Positions 35,957-43,130 are shown, numbered from the stretch's first letter. The stretch is DNA of 53,729 bases from an uncultured bacterium (GCA_964436235.1 CAYTCW010000008.1:2006-55734), one strand, 5' to 3'. The notes: a model not told the origin generated them from the sequence alone. Numbers and translations: made by a program.

Positions 35957-35985
35957 TTGACTTTTACATGCTTTCGTGTTATATT
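35957..35985 (+). promoter_or_regulatory. Near-consensus sigma70-type promoter on the plus strand (antisense unit A)
   Basis: TTGACT, 17 nt, TATATT, with TG at -15/-14. Confidence 0.45.
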
Positions 35986-36007
35986 TCTGGTACGATGTAT
36001 TTTATTT

Positions 36008-36032
36008 GGCCGCTCTCTGGCGGCTTTTTTTT
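36008..36032 (+). terminator. Plus-strand intrinsic terminator ~20 nt downstream of promoter A
   Basis: gccgc-tctctg-gcggc followed by eight T residues. Confidence 0.5.
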
Positions 36033-36906
36033 ATGCGGCAAAAAGTTTTCGTTGGGGTTCTTCCGTACGATGCGCTAATCTAATATGGCTCATTACCGTT
36101 TGCTTGCCGTGGTCGTTATAGACAAACGCCGCAACTTCACGGTTGCTATATTGCGATTTAGATAATATCCATTTTCCATAAGGTGTAACGCGCGGATCGC
36201 CGTTTTTTAGTTCTTCGCCTTTCAATCCAAGTTTGTTTGATATGCGTCCGATCATGTTGGCTGATATCTCGATTCCTTCTTTTTTGAGTTCCCGTGATAT
36301 CTGCTCCGCCGTATATTCCGGGCCTTCGATTTGTGGCAACGCGATGATCTTTTGTCCGATCATGATTTCGGTTGCGTGACTGATCATCGATTGAACCGAT
36401 TCAGGAGCGAGGCACGATCTAAATTTCTCCGCCGTTTCCATGAGAAATTTTGCCTGTCTGGTAATTGCGTTCTTCAGGCGAGCGTCAGCGTTTTTGTTTT
36501 TAATTTCGGATTCTAACCTGTCCTGCGGAGATTTCGAAGCGTGACCGAGTTGGCCGGCGGCGTATGCCTGGACGAGATGAGCGACGGCGACTTTGTATTG
36601 GACGGCGCGCGGTTGTCTGGACTCCATAACGATTAATTGAAAACCGATAGGGTCGTAAACTTTCGTGTCGTAGCGCTTGTTGTCAGTAGCCCTCAGTTTG
36701 ACGGTAACTGAAAACTCACTAATATGCTGATTTCTTTCAAGTATATTATCAATGGCTTTTTGCGAATCTGCGTATCCCAGCCACTCGCCGATTGCCTTTC
36801 TGGTAAAATAAGGTTTGCCATTAATTTCTACCGATTCCGATAACTGAATTTCCTGATACTCAAAAGGGACTAAATTAGTCGTTTGATTTTTCATTACGTT
36901 CACCAT
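36031..36906 (-). CDS. Antirepressor-like protein (Bro-N/ORF6N-type N-terminal domain)
   Basis: N-terminus ..LVPFEYQEIQLSESVEINGKPYFTRKAIGEWLGYADSQKAID.. First large gene of the early leftward operon. Confidence 0.6.
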   Translation of the reverse strand: MVNVMKNQTTNLVPFEYQEIQLSESVEINGKPYFTRKAIGEWLGYADSQKAIDNILERNQHISEFSVTVKLRATDNKRYDTKVYDPIGFQLIVMESRQPRAVQYKVAVAHLVQAYAAGQLGHASKSPQDRLESEIKNKNADARLKNAITRQAKFLMETAEKFRSCLAPESVQSMISHATEIMIGQKIIALPQIEGPEYTAEQISRELKKEGIEISANMIGRISNKLGLKGEELKNGDPRVTPYGKWILSKSQYSNREVAAFVYNDHGKQTVMSHIRLAHRTEEPQRKLFAA

Positions 36907-36912
36907 TCCTTT

Positions 36913-37182
36913 TTATTTAATTTCCGTTAGCGGTTCGAACTCCGCCAGATAAGCATCGATGTCCTTGAGATTTTTTTGATATTCCTCTTTAGATTTTGCA
37001 TTTGCCGCTATTTCGTATATTTGAAGCCAACCCATCACGCGCGTAATTAATACGATTTTATTTTTACCATCTTTGATCGTATTAAAAGGCGACGACTCTA
37101 ATTCACGAAGGTCATCGTTAATTTTGTGTTTTATCATTTCTGCGGTACCTTGCAATTCTTGAATTACTGGTTTGTAGTTCAA
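36913..37182 (-). CDS. Hypothetical protein (89 aa)
   Basis: ORF in the early operon. Confidence 0.4.
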   Translation of the reverse strand: MNYKPVIQELQGTAEMIKHKINDDLRELESSPFNTIKDGKNKIVLITRVMGWLQIYEIAANAKSKEEYQKNLKDIDAYLAEFEPLTEIK

Positions 37183-37344
37183 TTAAATTTCACCATCCTT
37201 AAAATTAAAATTTATTCCATCCTGTAAACTTATGCCCGACGATTACGGGCCGAGTCTTCGGGTCGATTTTCGGTTTCATGGCTCACCTTCCTTTTTAATT
37301 GGTATTTTGCTATGCTTATCAAAAACTATCTGTGAGGGTTGATT

Positions 37345-37833
37345 ATGGATGAAACTACCAAATTACTTATCACCGTTACGATTCCGTCTTTAATTTCGTG
37401 TTCCATTACTTTAATTACTCTGTTTTTAAAGAGCAAATGGGATGAAAAAAACCTCCATTTATCTTTTAAATCGAAATACAAAGAAATCGTTCTCAAACAG
37501 CAAATCGAATATTACGAAAAGTTTATGCTTGCAAGTTGGATTTTGTTTGTTAAAATATCCGAATTCTTATACGATACTCATGAAGACGTTAATGAATTAA
37601 TAGCGCATCATAAAACTCTTGTAACGTCTGTTACGATGCACCAACATATTTTTCCCGAAACAGTAAAAAACAAAATGATCGACTACCAAAATGCAATTCA
37701 AAAAGCATTAGATTTTTCAGTTGCGTGCAAAAGACCTATAGAATTAGATAAAATTGAAGCGCTTCTGAATGTATTAGACGAGTCAAGAACGCGAGTTATA
37801 GATTCGATAAAATCGAGTTTATTTGTCGAGTGA
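37345..37833 (+). CDS. Membrane-anchored hypothetical protein (moron)
   Basis: ATG at 37345 with SD GAGGG. N-terminal TM segment LLITVTIPSLISCSITLITLFL. AT-rich and on the opposite strand to its neighbours. Confidence 0.5.
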   Translation: MDETTKLLITVTIPSLISCSITLITLFLKSKWDEKNLHLSFKSKYKEIVLKQQIEYYEKFMLASWILFVKISEFLYDTHEDVNELIAHHKTLVTSVTMHQHIFPETVKNKMIDYQNAIQKALDFSVACKRPIELDKIEALLNVLDESRTRVIDSIKSSLFVE

Positions 37834-38112
37834 TTTATTATAAATAAGTTGATAAATTTTTTCGCCTTTTTCATTGGTTAATATTGCCGTTTTGCTTTGC
37901 AATGGTTGCAGAAGAAAAAATGAAAGTATTGTAGAGAACGTTGTAACAAACAAAACAATAATGAAATTTTCTAAATTAAAAAAAGACGAAGAATTTATTT
38001 TCGGTTCATGTTTGTTTCGGTTTTTTAAAGCGTTTTTAAGCATGACTTTTACCAAGAGATGATAAGGTTCGTGTCCCGGCCATAGTGGTTCGTCTTCGTT
38101 TATTTCACTCAT
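37819..38112 (-). CDS. Membrane hypothetical protein
   Basis: SD GGAAGGAGG. TM segment FIIVLFVTTFSTILSFFLL. Its 3' end overlaps the 3' end of the convergent gene 37345..37833 by 15 nt. Confidence 0.45.
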   Translation of the reverse strand: MSEINEDEPLWPGHEPYHLLVKVMLKNALKNRNKHEPKINSSSFFNLENFIIVLFVTTFSTILSFFLLQPLQSKTAILTNEKGEKIYQLIYNKSLDK

Positions 38113-38152
38113 TTCTTTTCGGCCTCCTTCCCAATCTTACCTTTCTTTTTTA

Positions 38153-38181
38153 TTGACTTATCCCTTAAATCTTGATATAAT
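38153..38181 (+). promoter_or_regulatory. Near-consensus sigma70-type promoter on the plus strand (antisense unit B)
   Basis: TTGACT, 17 nt, TATAAT. Confidence 0.45.
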
Positions 38182-38190
38182 TAAGTCATA

Positions 38191-38230
38191 GGTCGCGAAC
38201 GTTTAAACGTATCGCGGCTTTTTATTTTTT
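38191..38230 (+). terminator. Plus-strand intrinsic terminator ~10 nt downstream of promoter B
   Basis: The hairpin ggtcgcga-ACGTTTAAACGT-atcgcggc has a palindromic inner part and is followed by TTTTTATTTTTT. Confidence 0.5.
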
Positions 38231-38425
38231 AAGTTCAGCCGGCCAGATTTTGTTTTCCGGCTCCTTGAGAATTTTGGCGATCATCGGCCTTACGTTGCGG
38301 CCTGGATATATGCCGTTAGCGATTTTATGTATCCAGTTCATACTCAGGCCGGTTTGCCGGGCGATTTCCTTAATGGTTATGTCTTTTTCAAGCAGGAGCT
38401 TGTAAAAGGCGATGTTTTTTTTCAC
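38222..38425 (-). CDS. Cro-like HTH regulator
   Basis: 67 aa with the HTH ITIKEIARQTGLSMNWIHKIANG. GTG start with SD GAGGTGA. Divergent from the CI-like gene. Confidence 0.65.
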   Translation of the reverse strand: MKKNIAFYKLLLEKDITIKEIARQTGLSMNWIHKIANGIYPGRNVRPMIAKILKEPENKIWPAELKK

Positions 38426-38533
38426 GGTGTCACCTCGCTTTGGGTTTATTATGATGGTGGTTATTTAGTTTTCAATGACGCTATGCGGTTGTTAAAATGT
38501 TTTATTGTTACTATGTTTTAATTTTAAACTATT

Positions 38534-38562
38534 CGTTTAAAAAAGTCAAGAGTTTTTAAACG
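38534..38562. promoter_or_regulatory. Perfect 10-bp inverted repeat (candidate operator or 5'-UTR hairpin)
   Basis: cgtttaaaaa-agtcaagag-tttttaaacg, ending 13 nt upstream of the ATG at 38576. Confidence 0.5.
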
Positions 38563-38575
38563 AAAAATTGAAATT

Positions 38576-38902
38576 ATGTTAAATTTTTCTGAAATACTCG
38601 AAAAGATAAAAGAAATCAAAGGATTCAAGAGTGATAGTGATATTGCCTTGGCTTTGAATATGTCACCGCAAGCTCTATTTAACTATAGAAAACGCGGCAC
38701 CATTCCAGCAGAACAAATTTTAACGTTTTGTTTAAACGAGGATATTTCATCTGACTGGCTTCTTCTTGGCCGCGCCTCCACGCCGCCATCGCCCGCCGTT
38801 GACCGTATAACCCGCTGGCTTAAAGAGCACCCGGACGATGCCGAGGCTATCCTTAAGATCATCGAGGGCCGCGAAGCCATGGAGCGGTTGAAAAAGGGTT
38901 AA
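38576..38902 (+). CDS. CI-like repressor (phage CI N-terminal HTH type), paralogue 1
   Basis: ..KSDSDIALALNMSPQALFNYRKRGTIPAEQILTFC..ISSDWLLLGR. Divergent from the Cro-like gene. No SD. Confidence 0.7.
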   Translation: MLNFSEILEKIKEIKGFKSDSDIALALNMSPQALFNYRKRGTIPAEQILTFCLNEDISSDWLLLGRASTPPSPAVDRITRWLKEHPDDAEAILKIIEGREAMERLKKG

Positions 38903-38934
38903 AGTTGTGATAGAATATAACTGAGGTGATAGTT

Positions 38935-39126
38935 ATGACGTTTGCATCCATCGTTGACGAGACCAGTAAATTGAAGCTTGACGATCTTGAAGTTCTCATC
39001 GACATTCTGAAGAACCGCGCCCGCGAGAAACGCCGCGAGCAGATTTACCGCGCCGCTCTTAAAGGCAGAGCCGATAGGAAAGCCGGTAAGAAGTTTAAGA
39101 CGCTTGACGACCTGAAGAAGATATAA
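38935..39126 (+). CDS. Type II antitoxin (addiction-module component)
   Basis: 63 aa from the ATG at 38935, with SD GAGGTGA. Its stop overlaps the toxin start (TAATG). Confidence 0.6.
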   Translation: MTFASIVDETSKLKLDDLEVLIDILKNRAREKRREQIYRAALKGRADRKAGKKFKTLDDLKKI

Positions 39127-39398
39127 TGCCGAAAATTTCTGCTTACGACTCATTTTCACGTTGCTTTAAGAAGTTTCTGGCTCAGCATCCGAACCTTAAA
39201 AAGAAGATTCTTGAAAGGCTCGAACTGCTCCGGGATAACCCTTATGCGCCCGCGCTTCGTTTTCATAAGTTGACCGGCCGCCTTGAAGATTTTTACGCAA
39301 TTACGATTGATTACGATACTCGAATAGTCATTGACCCTGATTTTGATAACGATACTTTTTATCTGGTTGATATAGGCTCTAATGACGAAGTTTATTGA
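39126..39398 (+). CDS. RelE/ParE-superfamily toxin
   Basis: 90 aa; ..LLRDNPYAPALRFHKLTGRLEDFYAITIDYDTRIV..YLVDIGSNDEVY. Confidence 0.75.
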   Translation: MPKISAYDSFSRCFKKFLAQHPNLKKKILERLELLRDNPYAPALRFHKLTGRLEDFYAITIDYDTRIVIDPDFDNDTFYLVDIGSNDEVY

Positions 39399-39404
39399 TT
39401 TCTG

Positions 39405-39806
39405 TTATTCTTCGTAATTTAATCCGTAATTGTTACGCAGCACATTTCGAGTGAATTCCCCGCCGATGACATCGCGGAGTGCGTATATAAGTTCCGGCGT
39501 TAATGTTGGAAGCGGCGGAGCCATTGAAGGAAATTCCTCGGCCTGATTTTCAAGATCTTCGAATGCTTTCTGGATTACTTCGCTTTCTTCTTGTTGATGA
39601 TAAACTTCTTCATCGGCCTTAGTCAGGGCTAATTTTCCGTATTTTTCGAAAAACGGCGTCGGATCGTACATACCGGCCGGGCATTTGCCCGCCACTTTTT
39701 CTTTTTGAACGGGTTTTATTTTGTGCTCCCAGGCGAAGTAATAAAGAGTTTTATATTTTTTCCCCGTTATTTTGCTGATCTCTTTTAAAGTCATTAATTC
39801 TTCCAT
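39405..39806 (-). CDS. HTH-containing hypothetical protein
   Basis: I prefer the ATG at 39806 (MEELMTLKEISKITGKKYKTLYYF..) with SD GGAAGGTGA. The track start at 40010 adds a low-complexity 68-aa extension. Confidence 0.5.
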   Translation of the reverse strand: MEELMTLKEISKITGKKYKTLYYFAWEHKIKPVQKEKVAGKCPAGMYDPTPFFEKYGKLALTKADEEVYHQQEESEVIQKAFEDLENQAEEFPSMAPPLPTLTPELIYALRDVIGGEFTRNVLRNNYGLNYEE

Positions 39807-40070
39807 TAAATGTTCACCTTCCTTTTCGGTTATCCGATCCGTTTTGATATTTTCTTGAATGCGTCCACTAATTTCAGCTTGTCCCGGTCGATCATCGCCT
39901 GTTCGATTACCTTCAACCACATTCCCATTTCTTCCCTGCTCATTCTGTAATTCCTCCTTTTTGCGTTTGCCGATTTGTTTAAGATGATAAAGCCTGATGT
40001 TTAAACTCATGCGGGCGGCCTTCCTTTATTTGATTAATTTTGCTATTATTCGGGTTGGAAAAATAAATTT

Positions 40071-40298
40071 TTAAAGATGTCTGCCGCATTTTTCGCAGTA
40101 TCGTAAATGATCTGCAGATATTTTTTTTTCTTCATCGTTAGCTTCATAACCGCAAGTCGAGCATTGATATTTCAATGGTACTTTTTTAGTTATAGGGCTT
40201 TCGAATTTTTCACCGCAGTATAAGCAATATCGCGGTATTTCGTTTGAATTATACATTAAATACGGGGCTGAACATTTACTACATATTAAATTACCCAT
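40071..40298 (-). CDS. Double zinc-ribbon protein
   Basis: Four CxxC pairs: CSKC, CLYC, CSTC, CEKC. Confidence 0.55.
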   Translation of the reverse strand: MGNLICSKCSAPYLMYNSNEIPRYCLYCGEKFESPITKKVPLKYQCSTCGYEANDEEKKISADHLRYCEKCGRHL

Positions 40299-40317
40299 TC
40301 CTATTCTCTCCTTTCGT

Positions 40318-40533
40318 TTAATGCTTCACCGTTGCCGTAGGTTCGTTTTCGCTTAACCATAAAAGGTCATAAGATACCTTGAGTGCTTTGGCTATTCTTT
40401 CGCGGATTTCATAACCGGGCGCATGGCCGTTAACCACCGTGCTCAGGTGGTTCGGCGAGACGTTCGCCATTTTCGCCAGTTCGGCCATGCTGATGTTACG
40501 ATCGATGAGAATTTTCTTAAGAATCTTGTTCAC
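40318..40533 (-). CDS. XRE-family HTH regulator (second Cro-like)
   Basis: ISMAELAKMANVSPNHLSTVVNG. Similar in layout to ORF 38222..38425 (..G..PG...R..IAK.LK). Confidence 0.7.
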   Translation of the reverse strand: MNKILKKILIDRNISMAELAKMANVSPNHLSTVVNGHAPGYEIRERIAKALKVSYDLLWLSENEPTATVKH

Positions 40534-40634
40534 GGGTCACCTCCTTAAAGCGGGCCGCGCCGTATAACCTTTCGAAGCATGTTTCGCACTATGGCTACTG
40601 GATCTAATCGGTTATAAAGCGCGGCTTTATTTAT

Positions 40635-40663
40635 TTGACATTGCTATTTAATTGTGTTATAAT
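40635..40663 (+). promoter_or_regulatory. Perfect consensus sigma70 promoter
   Basis: TTGACA, 17 nt, TATAAT, with TGT immediately upstream of -10. Confidence 0.6.
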
Positions 40664-40799
40664 ATGTTTAATTATTGTTTTTCTTTTCTAAAAGCGTACT
40701 TTCTTTTTTTCACGACGTACATTTTTATTATTGGTAGTTTGCGATTGGCCCTCGTTGAGGGTTTTTCGCGTTTTTATTTTAATTAAAGGTGATGAAAGT

Positions 40800-41036
40800 A
40801 TGAGTAAAAAAGGGTTAAAACAATATTCTTTTTGTCTGGAATGCGGACAAAGCTATTATCTGGTTGATTATGACGCTAAATTTTGCGGTTCTTGCGGTAA
40901 ATCACTTTCTACTCATTGCCCGAATCAAAAATGTGGCCGTGAAATTATTGTACCTGACAAGCATTGTGTTTATTGTGGCTATAGAATGATTAAAGATACA
41001 GCAAAATGTACGACGTTTAGAGCCGATTTCGTTTAA
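40800..41036 (+). CDS. Double zinc-ribbon protein
   Basis: ATG at 40800 with SD AAAGGTGA. Motifs CLEC..FCGSCG..CPNQKCG..CVYCG. Paralogous layout to ORF 41708..41941. Confidence 0.6.
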   Translation: MSKKGLKQYSFCLECGQSYYLVDYDAKFCGSCGKSLSTHCPNQKCGREIIVPDKHCVYCGYRMIKDTAKCTTFRADFV

Positions 41037-41037
41037 G

Positions 41038-41283
41038 TTATGTTTTTAATTCTAAATCGCATAAACTGATGTAGGGTTCTTTTGCAATTATTGCGTCGCG
41101 AAGTTTAAAAGCTGCCGATTTTAAATTTTCGGCTGAAGGAAATATAACTATATGAGTTTCTTTGCCGTCGTTAATTAACATTCTATATTGCGGTTCGGAA
41201 TCAGCTTTTAAACATTCGCAATTAATTGAAATCATTTTAGCGATAGTGGCTCGACCATTGTGATCGTTGAATGAAATATACAT
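41038..41283 (-). CDS. Hypothetical protein (81 aa)
   Basis: ATG at 41283 with SD AAGGAGG. Confidence 0.45.
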   Translation of the reverse strand: MYISFNDHNGRATIAKMISINCECLKADSEPQYRMLINDGKETHIVIFPSAENLKSAAFKLRDAIIAKEPYISLCDLELKT

Positions 41284-41311
41284 AAAAAAACCTCCTTGGT
41301 GTGGGAAGAAG

Positions 41312-41569
41312 TTACTCGATCCGGTCGAGGTCAAGAAGAGCTGAAGAAAAACGATAACCCATTATTTGCGGGCCGGACGTGGCCGAAAAACCAGAATAAG
41401 AAAGAAACTCGGCAATTTTAACGAAGGCCTTTTGAGCAAGTTCGCTGTTGGCGAAGTCTAAAGAGTAGGTATCTTTGCTCGTAGAAAGCATAATGCTTGA
41501 TTTGTCGATCCAAAACTGATAGATGTTGTTAACGTTGAAAATGGTTTCTTTAAATTTGATAAATTTCAT
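41312..41569 (-). CDS. Hypothetical protein (85 aa)
   Basis: SD AGGAGG upstream of the ATG. Confidence 0.45.
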   Translation of the reverse strand: MKFIKFKETIFNVNNIYQFWIDKSSIMLSTSKDTYSLDFANSELAQKAFVKIAEFLSYSGFSATSGPQIMGYRFSSALLDLDRIE

Positions 41570-41594
41570 GGTTACCTCCTGTATTGAATTTAAG

Positions 41595-41674
41595 GGCGAA
41601 CGGCCGGATTCGAACCAGCATGTCGTCGGAGTGGTATTCCTTCGTGTTGGCTCTACCGATTGAGCTACGTTCGC
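41595..41674 (-). tRNA. tRNA-like gene with canonical acceptor, D and T arms but an aberrant, over-long anticodon region
   Basis: Minus-strand fold: GCGAACG-TA-GCTC-AATCGGTA-GAGC...GCTGG-TTCGAAT-CCGGC-CGTTCGC-C. There are 30 nt between the D and T arms. The best loop is GGA-ATACCAC-TCC. No CCA is encoded. Confidence 0.5.
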
Positions 41675-41707
41675 CGGGGTTAAATTATTAAGAAAGAAGG
41701 GATATTA

Positions 41708-41941
41708 ATGGTAAGTGCTGTAGATTTCGCACAAAATCATAAAAATTCTGAAGATATTAAACTTGCGATATGTCCGAGTTGTGATAAAGGTGTTTATCCG
41801 TTAGATTCTCAATACAAATTTTGTGGCTATTGCGGAAAAGAATTATCATTAAAATGCCCTAAAGAAACTTGCGGTCAACCTCATTATAATCCCAAACACT
41901 ATTATTGTGTAAATTGTGGCACGAAGGTTAGAGCAATTTAG
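41708..41941 (+). CDS. Double zinc-ribbon protein
   Basis: CPSC..FCGYCG..CPKETCG..CVNCG, with SD GAAGGGA. Confidence 0.6.
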   Translation: MVSAVDFAQNHKNSEDIKLAICPSCDKGVYPLDSQYKFCGYCGKELSLKCPKETCGQPHYNPKHYYCVNCGTKVRAI

Positions 41942-41974
41942 GCTAACGGAACCTGGTCAAACCAAACGTAATTT

Positions 41975-42142
41975 TTAAACATCGAGAGGAAGGCCGCAAT
42001 CGCAGTTCTTTTTTTCACTGTTAGTAATCGTCAGCCGTTCATATGTCCTGCCGCAATGTTTGCATTTGATTTGCGTTTGAACGCGAATATAAAAAGTTAA
42101 AGTTTGTAAAAACTCGGTAAGGGCTTTTAAAAACGCGTGCAT
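41975..42142 (-). CDS. Small zinc-ribbon protein (55 aa, below the ORF-track cutoff)
   Basis: My translation is MHAFLKALTEFLQTLTFYIRVQTQIKCKHCGRTYERLTITNSEKKNCDCGLPLDV. Perfect SD AAGGAGGTGA. Divergent from CI-like paralogue 2. Confidence 0.45.
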   Translation of the reverse strand: MHAFLKALTEFLQTLTFYIRVQTQIKCKHCGRTYERLTITNSEKKNCDCGLPLDV

Positions 42143-42334
42143 GATTCACCTCCTTCGTTTGGTGGTGGTTGTTATTGAAAGTATTTAGTTTTCAAAGGTC
42201 GCAAAGTGCGGCTGGGGTTAATCGGTTTTTGATTAAGTTAGTTGTTAATTCGTGAAGCTCTTATGTTTATTATAACAAGTTTATGGAATAAAGTCAATAC
42301 TTTTTGAAATAATTTAAAAAGTTTTAGGAATATT

Positions 42335-42610
42335 ATGCGCAAAATCATTGAAATAATTGAGATTTTGAGAGAAAACAAATCTTTAAAATCTGAAACACAA
42401 GTTGCAAAAATATTGGGCATGACTCAGCAGGCGTTAGCGCATCATAAGTTAAGAGGTTCTTATCCTTATGAGCAATTAGCCGCTTTCTGCGAGCGGGAGG
42501 GCGTTTCGCTGGACTGGCTCCTACTCGGCCGCGAGCCAGAGAAGCCCGCCGCCGAATCCGACCTCGAGCGCCGGATCACGGAGCTTGAAAAAATAATTAA
42601 AAAGAAGTAG
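42335..42610 (+). CDS. CI-like HTH regulator, paralogue 2
   Basis: MRKIIEIIEILRENKSLKSETQVAKILGMTQQALAHHKLRGSYPYEQLAAFCEREGVSLDWLLLGR, followed by a C-terminal helical tail. Confidence 0.65.
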   Translation: MRKIIEIIEILRENKSLKSETQVAKILGMTQQALAHHKLRGSYPYEQLAAFCEREGVSLDWLLLGREPEKPAAESDLERRITELEKIIKKK

Positions 42611-42633
42611 AATAATAATAAAGAGGCTTAATA

Positions 42634-42831
42634 ATGCCGAGAAAAATTAGAGAGTTAATAACCGATCTGGAACGGGCCGGTTTCGTAAACCACGGCGGGA
42701 AAGGCAGCCACCGTAAATTTGTTTATCAAAAAACAAAAACGATTGTAATTATTTCAGGAAATAACGGTGACGATGCTAAAATATATCAAGAGAAAAAAGT
42801 TAAAGAGGCTATTGAGGAGGCAACTAAATGA
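42634..42831 (+). CDS. hicA: HicA toxin
   Basis: MPRKIRELITDLERAGFVNHGGKGSHRKF.. Confidence 0.85.
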   Translation: MPRKIRELITDLERAGFVNHGGKGSHRKFVYQKTKTIVIISGNNGDDAKIYQEKKVKEAIEEATK

Positions 42832-43067
42832 AATTGTGCGACAAATATATTAAAATAGTCGAATGGTCCGACGAAGACAACTGTTATATAGGCACATGCC
42901 CTGAGCTGTTTTACGGCGGCTGTCACGGCGACGATCCTAAAGCTGTTTTCGCCGAGCTGTGCGAAATTATCGAAGAAGTCGCTGAAATTTATGAAAAAAA
43001 CGGCAATCTGCTTCCAAAGCCCATGACCAGCGATAACATAATTAATATTCTGAAAAAGGCCGCCTGA
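42828..43067 (+). CDS. hicB: HicB antitoxin (N-terminal domain type)
   Basis: ..IVEWSDEDNCYIGTCPELFYGGCHGDDPKAVFAEL..LPKP. There is a 4-nt overlap with hicA. Confidence 0.75.
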   Translation: MKLCDKYIKIVEWSDEDNCYIGTCPELFYGGCHGDDPKAVFAELCEIIEEVAEIYEKNGNLLPKPMTSDNIINILKKAA

Positions 43068-43104
43068 GAAGTATTGCACAATGGCCTCGCGTAATTTATA
43101 ACAT

Positions 43105-43130
43105 AGACCTGATTTAAAAGGGATTAAGAC
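43105..43130. CRISPR. Solitary CRISPR repeat unit (third copy of the 14.7-kb repeat)
   Basis: AGACCTGATTTAAAAGGGATTAAGAC matches repeat 2 of the mini-array in 25/26 positions. It is intergenic, between hicB and CI-like paralogue 3. Confidence 0.65.

Noticed and set aside
40553-40626. Long-range imperfect inverted repeat (gccgcgccgtataacc ... ggttataaagcgcggc) upstream of the consensus promoter at 40635
   Set aside because: It could be a 5'-UTR structure of the minus-strand XRE transcript or a plus-strand terminator. With 14/16 pairing and a ~45-nt loop I could not assign a function with confidence.
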